Assembly: GCA_965637545.1 (NCBI GenBank)
Contig: OZ281495.1
Span: forward strand, 27,404,001-27,468,000
DNA length: 64,000 nt
DNA from: Phallusia mammillata
Lineage: Eukaryota
Direction of reading: 5' to 3'
Positions 12,520-25,679 of the stretch are shown here, piece by piece. A model generated the notes under the pieces. The model had not been told where the DNA came from, ran no database searches, and worked only from the letters and a program-made list of their open reading frames with translations. The position numbers and the translations under genes are program-made. Position 1 is the stretch's first letter. The number at the start of each line of letters is the position of its first letter.

Positions 12520-13972
12520 ACCAAGTTCATTTAGTTAGTAAGTATTTTATCTCACCAATGTACTTGTACAATTCTAAACTTTGTTCTACTCGAAAAAGTA
12601 AGCTGAAAAGGTTAGATATGAGTCACAAAACTGGACGCAAGTTGCACATAACAGAGTGATAAAACCGAAGACCAATTAACATTTGAAGTTACACAAGAAG
12701 TTTGCACAAATAAACCACGTTCTCACGTACTGACCGACTCAAGTGCTCGCCCGCAATGATCCAGCTCTCTTGTTAGGAGGTCGCTTGGAGGAAAAGGGAA
12801 AATCAATGTGGCGCAGAAAAGATGTTGCTTTGTATAATCAAGATAGGCCAAGTCGTTGCGTTAGAAGCAGAAGTGAGTAAATAGAAACAATGAAATGAAT
12901 GTAGAGGTTATGAAGCCCAAAAAGCGCAAAGCAAAATGAAACCAAAGTAACACAGAAACAAAAAGTGGAAAAAAGGAAGACAATAACATTTCGTGACAAC
13001 AAACAGTTACAAAAACAATGCAGCAAATAGAATTAATATTGCTCGCAACGCATTTGTCATTAGTCAAAAAGACGCATTTAATTTTGTTTGTGTTTTTTCC
13101 GTAGGTTGCCCACCCTTGCTCTAAATCACTTTTTGGGAGGTGAACAAAATAATAATGCTTCAAAATTACAGTTATTGTGCCGTGTTTTGAATTTTCTGTG
13201 GTACGTAATTAGACGGAAAAGACACATTTCGCCCTTCAAAAACTGATCCACTGTGAAAATAGGTCTCGGCCGAATAATTTTATCAAAGTGGAACTTTGGT
13301 TCATCACTATCCAAAACTGAAACAAGTTCATTAAAAGTTGCTTTTAACAAAAACTAAAAACCCACCTTATAAGTTACAATAATCAAATTTGAATTTATTA
13401 ACTTTCATGCCACAATCGAGCTAAATTTATTCTATTCCTGGACAAAAATCTTGGCCGATTAAAATTAAAACAAGAATTAGTGATAGTCAGGAAGGGGGTA
13501 TACGTTGAACCGTGTAAGTTAGAACGTTATCACATTCGGAAAAATAACGAACCAAATACTCATCAAACATACATAAACATAAAGCCTCTTTACTACCTCA
13601 AAACCCGCAAACCGATTACCCAATTTACCGAAGGAATTTCCAAATTCATGTTCAATTGCACATGAAGGGTTAGGTTTCATTAAACTTTTAATACAATACC
13701 AAGCAGGGAGCACTTAACTGGGGGCCGAAACCGAAATGTCGGATGTCCCTCATAAATCTTTGCAGGAAGAGAAGGAAAATAAAAGTCAACTTTTAACTGC
13801 TTTTCCTTTTAGTCGATTTATCTGACTGTGTTCTTGCACAACACACCATTTAAATCTGATTTATCTTTTTGTGAAACAAATCAAAATTTCAACAAAAATC
13901 TTTAGTTTACACTTGAAAACTAGTCAACACGTACACGTCAATACATGTAATATAAGTTAATTGAGTTTACAC

Positions 13973-14060
13973 CAGCGATTCCCAAACTGGGGTCCGCGGT
14001 CCTTTAAGGGTCCGTGAGGCAATTTTTAGGGGACCGTTTGGGAAAGTTTGGGAACCACTG
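13973..14060. mobile_element. 88-bp hAT-type MITE
   Basis: TIR CAGCGATTCCCAAACT / AGTTTGGGAACCACTG; perfect 8-bp TSD GTTTACAC. Confidence 0.85.
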
Positions 14061-14349
14061 GTTTACACAGATTGCCTAAAACAGCACTCACCAGCATTTA
14101 CAAGTACATAATGGAGCAAACAGCAAAGTATTTAAAAAATATACATTTTCAGTTATACGTGTCTTGAAAATAAAAAGCGCATTTTCATAATTGTGGCAAA
14201 GAGTTAAAAACCGTATCTCACTGTTTTAATCCACTAAGCAACCGAATCTTATTCGCCTCATCAATAAATGTTTGTTAGAAAACAAACTGGTGTGGTGACG
14301 CTCGAGAGCAGTGACGTCAGAAAAACAGAAATAATGTAAGCGTATACGT

Positions 14350-14650
14350 CAGGGGTGTCCAAAGTGCGGCCCGCGGCGGCATTTTAAGTGGCCCGCAGAT
14401 GCTTTTTTCAAATTGTGCCCGCCATCGTCCGGATTAGGTGTTTATGATTTGGCGACTTGCGACTTCACGTAAAAGCCTTCCATGGAACTTTTTCCCGGTA
14501 AAAATGAAATGTACATCGTTCTGACGCAACAAAGTTCCACAATTTCTTAAATCCCGTATATTTGTGTTCTAATTCTACAAACACGTTGGCCCGCGGGCGT
14601 CTTCACTTGGTAGAAATTGCCCCCCATTAAAAAAAGTTTGGACACCCCTG
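14350..14650. mobile_element. 301-bp hAT-type MITE
   Basis: TIR CAGGGGTGTCCAAA; perfect 8-bp TSD GTATACGT. An empty paralogous site lies at ~6035-6045. Confidence 0.9.
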
Positions 14651-14897
14651 GTATACGTGATAAACGCACACATATTGATAGTTACAAAGCACAATAGTAA
14701 CGTTGCAAAATACGTCGTAATTAGGCTGCAACAAACAGCGAAAAGCATCGGCAAAAAACGTAGAAAGCTTAAAAGTGTTTACATTCGAGATTTCCAAAAG
14801 TTAAATACAAAAGTGGCCACGGTTTTGGAAAATATTCTAAATAAAAACCCACATATTAAAACAGCTGCCATCAACAGCGTGTGCATGTGAATGTATC

Positions 14898-15757
14898 TCA
14901 ATGAGATGGTTGATGTGTTAAGCAGAAAATAGAGTATTCAATTGATAATTTGTCCTGAAGTTTTATTCTCCAGTTACGGCACCAAAGATAATTGTTGGCG
15001 TAATGAGCTGTTTCTCTGCTAGTTGAACTGGTTGAAGAATTTGATGTTCTCTTTTCTGAAAACTGGGACGAGATCTCAACGCTGATAGATGCTAAGCCCC
15101 TGACAACTCGAGCCATTTTTTTGTTTATAGTTTTGAATTTAGGGTTTATCGCTTGATTTGAATCACAGCATTCACAAGAGCCAGATTTGTATGGTCCGAT
15201 TTGAAAGACAGTCCGTCCGCACCTTTGTCTGTAAAGGTTGGACCCTCCAACTGCCACGTTGTCGTTTCTGAACTCAACATTGAAAACCACCTGAAATACA
15301 AAGTAGTTTTCATAATTGTAATATTGATGGATCACAAATTTAACTGTCACATATACCATACTTGCGCTAAATCATCAGTTGAAAGTGAAACACCACCGAT
15401 GCAAACAATAGCTGAACAATTTCGGATTGCTTCGAAATGTCCTGCTGGTAGATTTTGTTTCATTTCTGTGTACGAATCACATACCATCTTTGCACCATGA
15501 CTGTGGCAAAACCAGATTAAACTAATTTTGCCACATTGCTTGTGATCTCTGCAAACATTTTTAATTTCTTTTTTTAATATCTTATCAGGTTTCAACCCGA
15601 ACTGGCATCGATTTGGCAAAATCCTTTCAACCTTTGGATTAAACTGAAGACCAAAAACAGTTTCTTTTATGATTTTTAAGATTCCTCTAAAGTCGGAAGG
15701 GTTTCTGCCTCCCAACCCCGGAACATAATAAAGATGAGCTTTTGAACAAGTTGTCAT
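14898..15757 (-). CDS. Subfamily A copy A3, intact, 262 aa (exons 15757-15362 and 15290-14898)
   Basis: MTTCSKAHLYYVPGLGG...WFCHSHGAKMV...LAQ | VVFNVEFRND...CECC...AHYANNY. The intron is 71 bp, phase 0, GT..AG. Confidence 0.85.
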
Positions 15758-15913
15758 TATAGCAGAGAATATCAGCTTTATATACCTATGTATAAAACAA
15801 GAAGGTTTTTTTTCATTTGACAAGTTAGAACATTTGATACCACTTAGCACAAAATAATTGCGACAGTACAACAAATAAGCGAATGAATTAAAATGACAAC
15901 ATTACAAATGATA

Positions 15914-16840
15914 TTACACTTCCGTTAAAGTCTTCCCAAAGTCCTTTGCCACACAAGAGCAGTTGTCACCTAAACCGACCCCTAGTTCCCCTCTCAACTT
16001 AATTCTCCAGGTTCGACAGGCTAAATAGTCACCGATAAAGTGCCCACCAGGCTTAAATACGTGCGGAAGCACCCTAAAACGTTTCCATATGTTCCGCACA
16101 TTGTCCAGCAAAGACTGTTCGGTTTGTTGATCAGTAGGTTCAGCGGTTTGCTCTTGCGCAACCACACCACGACAACATTCACATAGGCCATTTATAACCG
16201 GTCCAATTTCTACAGAAGAGTGATTTTTGTGTGTTCCCATACCAACCAATGCTGCTGATTTGGATCTAATGTCATTTTTACACTCTACATTAAGGACAAC
16301 CTGAAACAAAAACAATAACATTTTACTGTTGTAGGGCAGAAATACACAAAAAGGAAAATTTCCATCACGTATAGTTTTAAATAAAATACCTAATATGTTT
16401 TTGTTTATTGTTGAATACGCTTTTACCTTTGCAAGACTGGGTTCAGCAAACGTCACTCCACCGAGAGTAACGATAGCCATTTTGTTTGGAAGTTTTTTAG
16501 CGTCTTCTTCCAAAATCTCATTTCTTATCTTGTTGATGTTTTCTACGAGCATTTTAGCCCCATGACTGTGGGCGAAAAACACCAAACCAATTTTGTCGCA
16601 GGGCTGGTCCGATAGCGTTTTTATTAGTGATTTAATAGATTTGCTAAGGTCTTCATCAGCTGAAGTTCCCCGAAACGCATTAAACAAATTACTCTTGTTA
16701 GTTAAAATCTGAAGTTGATCCGATTTGTAATCCAATCCAAAAATTGTTTCTCGCAATCTTCGGGCATCAGGTCTTGCGTCAATCTCATCATATCCACCAA
16801 GTCCCAAAATTACGACAGTTTTGAAATTCTTACACAACAT
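15914..16840 (-). CDS. Subfamily B copy B2, intact, 266 aa (exons 16840-16427 and 16300-15914)
   Basis: Same motifs as B1. The 126-bp intron is in frame and stop-free, which explains the continuous 330-aa ORF in the track. Confidence 0.85.
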   Translation of the reverse strand: MLCKNFKTVVILGLGGYDEIDARPDARRLRETIFGLDYKSDQLQILTNKSNLFNAFRGTSADEDLSKSIKSLIKTLSDQPCDKIGLVFFAHSHGAKMLVENINKIRNEILEEDAKKLPNKMAIVTLGGVTFAEPSLAKVKAYSTINKNILGILFKTIRDGNFPFCVFLPYNSKMLLFLFQVVLNVECKNDIRSKSAALVGMGTHKNHSSVEIGPVINGLCECCRGVVAQEQTAEPTDQQTEQSLLDNVRNIWKRFRVLPHVFKPGGHFIGDYLACRTWRIKLRGELGVGLGDNCSCVAKDFGKTLTEV

Positions 16841-17280
16841 GGCAGCTACTTTTACTGAGCTAAGGGAACATTCGACTACATTGACTTCTCCTCGTAAAAA
16901 GAACATTTCGCACGCTCAGACAACGTACAAGCATGAATTGTTTGTTCACACGGCGCCGAAAGCAACAAAACTTTACCGATTTGAACTAATGCACTTGTTG
17001 CATTTCAATTTTTGTTATTTCAAGTCGTATACTCGCCATAAAATCGTTGACACCCTGCATGGTGCTACGTGCAACCTGGGTTTAAACAATAAGTGCATGG
17101 AAAACTTTATGAGTGTCACCTGATCCAACGGAAAGTTACATAAAAGATACAGCAGGCCTTTTTGTAATGCTGCATTGCTGTAAACAAGCAGTGCCGCTGC
17201 TGCATTTAGCAGGTTATGAATAAAAATGTCTATGTATTAACTTTAACTATGTGTTTGTCACATATTAGCACAGGATCAAT

Positions 17281-18267
17281 ATGTCGATATTGTGCAAAAA
17301 AGCAGATGTGTATTACGTTGCTGGCTTAGGGGGAATAAGTGCTCGTGATTACGAAGGCATTTTACAGCAACTTATCGAGACCATATTTGGTCTTCACTTT
17401 GAACCTAGCACCAAAATATTTACAAACAACACATGGGGTTTAATATGTGATGATAAAAATTTGATTGTGGATGTCAAAAATACCGCTTTGAATCATCGTC
17501 ATTGCCAACATATCAGCATGGTTTGGTTCTGTCACAGTCATGGGGCAAAAATGGTCTGCGATGCTTTCAGGGAGCTGCAAGGAACACAAGATTTTGAGAT
17601 GATTCACAGAAGTTCTGCCATTATTTGCATCGGTGGTGTTTCTTTGGCAGATAATACATTGGCAAAGGTAACAAATAAAACAGCGATAAAACTTAAACTG
17701 GTTTTGCATGTTGTCTGTGCAATGTTTGTTGTTGTTGGTTTTGCAAAAAGGTATAACTGAAATATTTATGTTGTAAATAAATGCGTTTCAAATAAATCTT
17801 ACAACAGAACACTAAATTTTTAAACATGTTATCAAATTTATAAACATGTCATATTAAATATCAAAATGCTACACTTGCAACAAGTTTGCCTATCATTAAT
17901 TAAATGTTTATTTTGCATTAAGGTTGCGCTCAACGTCGAGTTCAAAAACGATGATTTCTCACAAGTTGGCTCGCATGTGGTCGGCAACAGAGATAACGCA
18001 AGAGTGTTTATTATTGGTCCGTACAAAAACAAATTGTGCGAATGTTGCCATGGTTCACGATCCCCTGAAATACAAGAAGCGAAAACAAACGTCATGTTTG
18101 CTCTTTATAGTGGGTTCTCTGCCAGTTCCAAACAGAGTTCAGCACCAAGTTTCGGAAACGAAAAGGCACATATGATTCAAGAATATATGGCATGCAAACA
18201 GTGGCGTATCAAGGTAAATCAGCTTATTCCGCTGTGTCAAAGCGTCTGTGAAACCCATCCCGTTTAG
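17281..18267 (+). CDS. Subfamily C copy C2, intact, 243 aa (exons 17281-17667 and 17923-18267)
   Basis: YYVAGLGG, WFCHSHGAKMV, IICIGG | VALNVEFKND, CECC, AHMIQEY. The intron is 255 bp, phase 0. Confidence 0.85.
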
Positions 18268-19464
18268 CTTTCCAAAAACTTAAGTCTTAGATGTGTATAG
18301 AAGCATGCATTCAACGTTTTCCTCGGATACAAAAAATAGTTTGCTCCATGTCCATAATTCATAGCGTCTGTTAAACACATCCATATAAGATTTAAGGAGA
18401 TTCAAATGTTAGATGTAAATAGAAGAGAGTGTACATCATTTTCTTGAGACAAAAAATGGTTTACCATGTAGCAACAAATTTGTTTCCACTTTGTTTGTGG
18501 AGCCGTTGTGGTGGATTAGTTTGGTAACAAAAACGTATCAGTCATATTTCGAAAGCAACCAAGCGGCAAATAAAAAAGAAACCCTGGAAATATCTTATTG
18601 TATCATGTTTGTACATATGTATTGTATCATGTTGTACATAGTTTTCTGGCTCTTGCAATTGATAGTGTTGTTGTTAGTGAATTTACATATGGAGCAAATA
18701 CAATTCTTGGCAGATTTTGCGCTGCTTTATACGTTCGCTTCTGTGTCAATGGCAGTTTTTCTGTCGCAAACTTTTTATGAGTCGAAAACCTTCAAAAGCG
18801 GATCATACAAGTCCTGTAAAAAACTTTATCCGGAAACAGATATGCTCGTGTTAAACAGCAGAAAACGCCACTGAGCATCAAGGCTCATTTGACTAACAGT
18901 GATGTTATTCCCAAGGTTACCAAAACACCTTTGAAAAAAACATTTTTGGCTAAAAACGCTGCAACACTTTATTTTAACCCTTTGCAACATCCTTTAAGCA
19001 AAATTTTAAAACACAAATGTAGTTGGTTATGAGGTTTCTTCTATCAATTTATCAAACCCTTTGTAAAACCTCGTCTAAGTGATATCGAAGCAACAACGTG
19101 GAATACTTTTTATAATTTTTGAAACGTCTATCAAAATCATGCGAATCGGTTTACTTAATGCAACGTAAAAGGAAAGCATTTATTTACCACGGAAATGATT
19201 TATATCATGTTTGTTTGATCTTTCATTGAACTTGCCAACAAACAAACCTTGTCTTTGAGTTCAAACCTGCATATCAAGTTTGATCTGTGAAAATGTTTTT
19301 TTTGTGTGTGAAAGAGATTGATGAACTGCTTTTTTTTTGTAATAATTTAAAAATGTAAATTCAAATGCGTAAACACAAAGTATTGAATAATCGGTACAAT
19401 GACAACAAATAAACATTCTAATTAGCAATTACCGAATACAAATCAGCAGCGATCAACTGTTATT

Positions 19465-19910
19465 TCCCGGAACAAAATAAAGATGTTTTTTTGGGTACGT
19501 TGTCATAATAGCAGAGAACAGCAGCTGTAATGTAGCCTACAGGACAAGAATGCTTTTTTTAATATGACAAAATTAGAACAATAGTATAGTGCATTTGATA
19601 CGGAATTATTTTGGTAACCTCAAAATTTAGAGAAGGTTGTTTGGGTGCGAGATCTTCAACGCAAAACCTATCTATCCCAGGTATATTCTAATACTCAAAG
19701 CTATCTCCCTAATTGGCGTTCGAATTCGCCGGTGTAAAAATAAATTAAAATATTAAGTTAAAAAATGCGATGTTATCTTCAAGAAGCCGTCTTAACAGAA
19801 GTCGTGTTAATGTGTAGCCTATATTCAGTTCGCGTTTTCTTTCGAAATATTCTTGTTAATCTTCTCGATGTTTTTACAACTATTTTTACCTCATGACTAC
19901 ACAACATGGC
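19465..19910 (-). pseudogene. Tiny remnants of subfamily A (19465-19506) and B (~19840-19910) 5' ends
   Basis: Minus strand ATG ACA ACG TAC CCA AAA AAA CAT CTT TAT TTT GTT CCG GGA with A-type upstream sequence. A further AAMLCS..KIVV remnant sits with the B/C intergenic sequence upstream of C3. Confidence 0.6.
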
Positions 19911-20338
19911 AGCCCTTTGACAACTAAACAAAAAAAATATTCCACTAATTGCAATTTTCTCGTAAAATGAACATATTCGCACACTCAGGCAATGTACAAA
20001 CATGCATTGTTTGTGCACTCGGCTCACAAATCAATAAAACTTTACCGATTTCAACCAATGTACTTGTTGAATTGCGATTGTTGTTATTTAATGTCGTATA
20101 GTCGCCATAAAATCGCTGACACTCGCATAAATTTGGTTTAAACATTAAGTACAAGGCAGGTTTATGGGTTTCACCTGACCCAATGGAAAGTTACAAAAAT
20201 AATACTGTAGGTTGGGCATCTTGTGTGGGATGTTGCATTGCCATGAACAAGTAGCTCCGCTGTTGCATTTCGCAGCTTGTGATGTAAAAATTCGTTACAA
20301 TTTTTTTTGTGTTTGTCACATCTTAGCGCAGGATCAAT

Positions 20339-21293
20339 ATGTCGACATTGTGCAAAAAAGCAGATGTGTATTACGTTGCTGGCTTAGGGGGTATAAGTGC
20401 TCGTGATTATGAAGGCATTTTAAAGCAACTTATCGAGACCATATTTGGTCTTCTTTTTGAACCTAAGGCCAAAATATGTACAAACAATAGCTGGCTTTTG
20501 TCTCAAGATAAAGATTTGACTACGAATATCAAAAAGATCATTTCGGTTCATCGTCATTGTGAACATATCAGCATGGTTTGGTTCTGTCACAGTCATGGAG
20601 CCAAGATGGTCTGCGATGCTTACAAGGAGCTACAAGATAGACATGATTTTGACCGGATACGGAACAGTTCTGCCATAATTTGTATCGGCGGTGTTTCGTT
20701 GGCAGAAATGGATTTGGTTAAGGTAACAAACATTTACTACTTAACTTTACTTTTAAGTTAAAATTCAGCTACATTACAATTGTTTTCATGAACGTGTTTC
20801 AGGTTAATTTTCCTGAATACAAGATAACCTTCCATTCACATATTTAAAATGTCATGTTTTTATGGTGTAAATTTGTAAAACAATGCAGTTGAACAACATT
20901 GTAATTGTTGCCTTGCAACGCATTGACTCTACCCTTACTCGTATTTAGGTGGTCTTGAACGTCGAGTACAGGAACGACCATTTCTCACAAGCTAGCTCTC
21001 ATCTTCATGGCAACAGAGATAACGCAGTGGTATTCGAAACTGGTCCGTATAAAAACAAAATGTGCCAATGTTGCAGTGGTTCACAAGACCCCGGAATAAA
21101 ATATGCCGAAACCCAGATCAGTACTGGGCTTTTTTGTAGCTTGTCTGCCAGCTCCAAGCAGAGTTCGGCATCATCTTTCGACTACGAAAAGGCGCATATT
21201 ATTCAAGAATATATGGCATGCAAAACGTGGCGTATCGAGGTACAACGCCTTCTTCCGCTAAGTAAAGCCGACTGTGACATGCATTTTCAATAG
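20339..21293 (+). CDS. Subfamily C copy C3, intact, 242 aa (exons 20339-20722 and 20949-21293)
   Basis: Same motifs as C2; 226-bp phase-0 GT..AG intron; no stops. Confidence 0.85.
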
Positions 21294-21840
21294 CTTCACG
21301 AGAACTTAATGTTAAGTGCAGAAGTTCTCAACCGGGGATTATTTTGTATTAGACGTAAATATACTTCGTTTTGGTGGATTACTATGGTAACAAAGCGCTT
21401 ATATTTGTGTCAGGTATTTGTGTTTGTTTCTAAAGCAGTCAAGCGCTATAAATAAAATAGAGGTTAAGAAATATCTTGCGTGTTGTATTATGTTGTGAAT
21501 AGTTTGCTGGATCTTGCAATTTTTAGTGTTTTTGTTTGTGTATGCGCTTAATATATAGACCAAATGCATTCTTTGCTTTTGTGCCGCTTCATAAGTTTGC
21601 TTCAGTTTACATTTGCATTTGTTCCATCTCAAACTTGTATACTCCTAATAAAACGACTTAAACAATGTTGTATGTGTTTTAAATTGCACTTGTTGTTCTT
21701 GTCTGTGCCGATTTCGTATTGGTGCCGGTAAACAGTGTAGCTCTTTATCGCCACTTGGTGTTTTACGTTTCAAAACCTGCTTAGCACTGTCGGCAAAATA
21801 ATCTGTAACCCTTTTATCGTCCAACAGATATACAGACATA

Positions 21841-21955
21841 GGGCAGGAACTTGGCCGAATGGTCTGGCGCGCCTGACCCACATACAGACATAAAAAAAAT
21901 CTTGATCGGGATTCGTTCCCGGGAGCGTCCTGGGTGTGAGCCCCGTGAAAAAAAA
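21841..21955 (+). mobile_element. tRNA-derived SINE-like repeat
   Basis: TGGCCGAATGG A-box, degenerate B-box and A-tail; matches 11308-11425. Confidence 0.55.
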
Positions 21956-22210
21956 TGCAAAGTAAAATGCCTCAAGGTTTTCTATCAGTTTTATTTTTAT
22001 GTGGTTAGAGATCACTTGACCAAATACACAGTTCATGGTTTGCACAAACGATACCAAAAACAGTGCACACAACTTTACAAACCGTAATGTTCAGCCAAAT
22101 GTTAGTAAAAGTCTTCTACAAAAAAAATCTAAATAACCCACTCAATAAATACGCTTTTTAACAGGTTTTTGTCCTTAATTTAAAAAAAATTCAGCACGAT
22201 AATGCTTAAT

Positions 22211-22446
22211 CAGTGGTGGGCAACCTTTTTTGTACTGCGCACCGTTTGTAAAACTGAAATTTTGTCGCGGACCGGCCTTCAAAAAACTACAAATATTTAG
22301 GAACAAAAAACACATAAATTAGTATATAATTACCGGGAAGTACGGGCAATATGTTTTAAAGCATCTGGTCTAAAATAGTATACGGTCCGGTAACAAACTC
22401 CTCGCGGACCGGTATCGGGCCGCGGACCAAGGGCTGCCGACCACTG
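22211..22446. mobile_element. hAT-type MITE (same family as 29524-29756, opposite orientation)
   Basis: Ends CAGTGGTGGGCA / TGCCGACCACTG. An empty paralogous site lies at ~3445-3465. The TSD is not clean. Confidence 0.7.
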
Positions 22447-23606
22447 TGCATGCTAGATGACTTGCTGCAAGCTCATTGTATTTGTTGCCAAATAGGACTG
22501 ATGTACCATTTCAAACTGTCGTTTTAAAAACCCGTTCCCAAAATCCAAGGCGAGACGCCCCGGATTAAGGAGGGTGGAAATGAATTTAAATATATAAGCG
22601 AGATAATTACTGCCTGCAAACGTTTTCAAAAGAAATGAGTTAGATAAAAGACAAAAAAGGGTATGCATTTAGTTTTGCAAATTAAGCTTTTTTGGATTAC
22701 TTCCAGCCCAGTTTAGGAAGTAATACATTCATCACAGCAATACTGGCAAAAAAGTTAAAATGTGCGTCCGCCAAAATAATTTAATGAGAACAAGCTTCCG
22801 CAAAAATCGTGTCTGAACGGCTAAAGTTGGTGCATGTATCGTTAGTCAAGGCCTACGACAAAAAAAGGTATTCACAGCTTTTGTTTCAATTCAAAAATGA
22901 GTGCATAAAACACAACTTGTGTCCTCTTACATGTCAGTATATACACGTTGGCGCTCAAAGAAACTATTTACTCAGTCATACAAACATACAACATTGTTAC
23001 TGGAGCAACTAACATTTGCAACAAAACCATTCCAAAAATAGCAGTTTTTCAGGTACAATTGAGAACTTTCGAGAATAGTTTAGTAGGGGAAACATTTGAA
23101 ATGCAACGGAATAAGTCGATATTTGTGTTTTACGTCAAAATTTTTTACCCATCAACAAAGATTGCAAGGTGGCGGTAAGGAGTAACATAAATTCACTACT
23201 AGCAACTGCCAAAACAACGCAAGGCTTCAATTCAGGGCAAACAGGCTGGTGGTGCGCTAGAGAGTTTTAAACTTAGAAAAATGGGTAGGAATACAAAACG
23301 TATAAAGCACAAGCGTACAAAGCTAAGCAAGAATGCTTACAAAGCAGCACAAAAGCAATCGATGCACTTAGTAAACACGTTGATTAGGCTACAATCTAAC
23401 GACACAACCTACCGCATACAAATATTTACATAAAATCTTAAACCTCTGATTGTGTCACATAAATGCCAAACGTTTTTAAATTGTTGCAAAATTTAACTCA
23501 AAATCAAATTTGGCATTGTGACGAACGATCGGGTATTTAAAATAAGTGAGTTAAAGCAAAAAAAAATCCAACCATATCACTAGCACAGAGATGTACAAAA
23601 TAAATG

Positions 23607-24534
23607 CTATTTAGAATGAGTTGTACAGGAATTTTTCTCAATTCGTAGTATTTTCTTTAACAAAATTCTCCATCGTTTGCACGTAAGATATTCGTCGATG
23701 TAATGAGCCATTTCATCGTTTTGCATTGAACTAGTTGACGAAGAAGATGGCACACTACTTGAGACAACTGATGACAATGAGGAACTGAATCCTGGTGTTG
23801 AGGATGTTGAAGAGGACCTTACAGATATCGAGGCACCCTGAACACTGATGGACAAGCCTTTGGTATATCCTCCGACGCTCTTACACGTCAGTTTTAGTTC
23901 AGGGCAGTTGTCCTTACGTCCAGGATCACAGCACATACATGAACCATTTTTGTAAGGTCCAATTTTGAGAATTTCCCCGGATCTATTTCCTATCAGATTG
24001 GAACCTCCTTTTGCAAAGTTGTCATTCCTGAATTCCACATTGAGTACAACCTGAAACACATTGTAGTTTGAATAAGTCAAGCACCGATGCGTGACAAACT
24101 ACAGCGCATCATTTACGTCTTGTACAATAAAAGCATACTTGTGCTAAATCATCTGTTGCCAGTGAAGCACCACCAATACAAATAATAGCAGAGTATTTTT
24201 GGATGTTTGCAAAATCTTTTGTTGTTGTATTTTGTTTCATCTCTGCGTACGAATCACAAACCATCTTTGCACCATGACTGTGGCAAAACCAAATTAAACT
24301 GATTTTCCCACACTGCTCATGTTTTTGTGCAGTGGTTTTAACTTTTTTCTTTAACTCTTCGTCAGATTTAAGTCCGAAGGTGCAGTTATTTTGTAAAACT
24401 TCTTCTACCCCAGGTTCAAATTCGAGATCAAAGACAGTTTCTTTCATAGTTTTCCAGCTTCCTTTGAATTCTAAAGGATTGCTGCCTCCTAATCCCGGCA
24501 CATAATATACATGGGCATTTGGACAAGTTTCCAT
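23607..24534 (-). CDS. Subfamily A copy A4, intact, 279 aa (exons 24534-24139 and 24050-23607)
   Basis: All motifs present; 88-bp phase-0 intron; long Ser-rich segment before AHYIDEY. Confidence 0.85.
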
Positions 24535-24722
24535 TATTTTTAGAAGAACATAACTATTAACTTCTGCAGAAAAAGCATTTTGTTAACAATAACATAGGAC
24601 ATTTAAAGCAAACATTCAACTAACTTCACCCAGTGAATAAAAATAACACTCAAAACTTAAACGTTATATGCAACCAGAAACAAATACGAAAGTGAAATAC
24701 TCTCACAAAATCAAAACCAATT

Positions 24723-25679
24723 CTACACATCTGTTGAGTCATTAAAAGTGTCTTCTATCATACATGAGCAATTTTCACCCAAACTGACATCTAGTTCTTG
24801 TCTCAACTTTACTCTCCATTTTCGACAAGCGAGATATTCGCTGATAAAATGTCCTTCGGGTTTAGCCGAGGCAGAAAACATGCCAAGAGCACGAGGAATG
24901 TTTCGAAAATAGTTCAGCAAAGTATATCCTGTTGGTTGAGGTTCAACAATAGGTTTTTCGATATTTTCATCATGTTTTTTACAGCATTCACATTGGCCAT
25001 TTTTGATCGGTCCCATTTTAAGACAATGTTCATTGTGTGTCCCCATACCAATTGTGGCTGCTGTTTTTGATCGAAAGTCATTTTCACAATCCACATTAAG
25101 TACGACCTACATAACAAAAAAGATAGTGTACAACCATGGTGCAGAAAACAGTAATAAACAGGTCTCTGTAACGTATCCACATACGTTTTTAATTCAATGC
25201 GAAAAACATGTTTTAAAATATATACGTCGTAGCAGTAAAAACTGTTTTACCTTTGCAATCTTAGCCTCGGCAAATGTCACTCCACCCAAAGTGACGACCG
25301 CCATTTTGTTTTGAATTTTTTCTGCGTCTTCTTCAGAAAATTTTTCTTTAATTTCATGAATGCTTTCCACAAGCATTTTAGCTCCATGACTGTGAGCAAA
25401 AAACACTAAGCCAATTTTGTCGCAAGTCTGATCCAATAAAGTTTTAATCAAGGATTTGATAGACTTGCTAAGATTTTCATCAGCTGAAGTTCCTCCAAAC
25501 GCACCAGCCAAACTGCTGATGTTGGTTAAAATTTGAAGCTGATCCGATTTGTAATTCAATCCAAAAATAGTTTCTCGCAATCTCCGGGCATCAGGTCGTG
25601 CGTCCATCTCTTCAAATCCACCAAGTCCCAAAACTAATACAGTTTTAAAATTCCTACACAACTTACTAGCAGTCATCAT
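24723..25679 (-). CDS. Subfamily B copy B3, intact, ~270 aa (exons 25679-25251 and 25106-24723)
   Basis: LGLGG, FFAHSHGAKM | VVLNVDCEND, CECC, GHFISEYLAC. The intron is 144 bp, phase 0. Confidence 0.85.
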
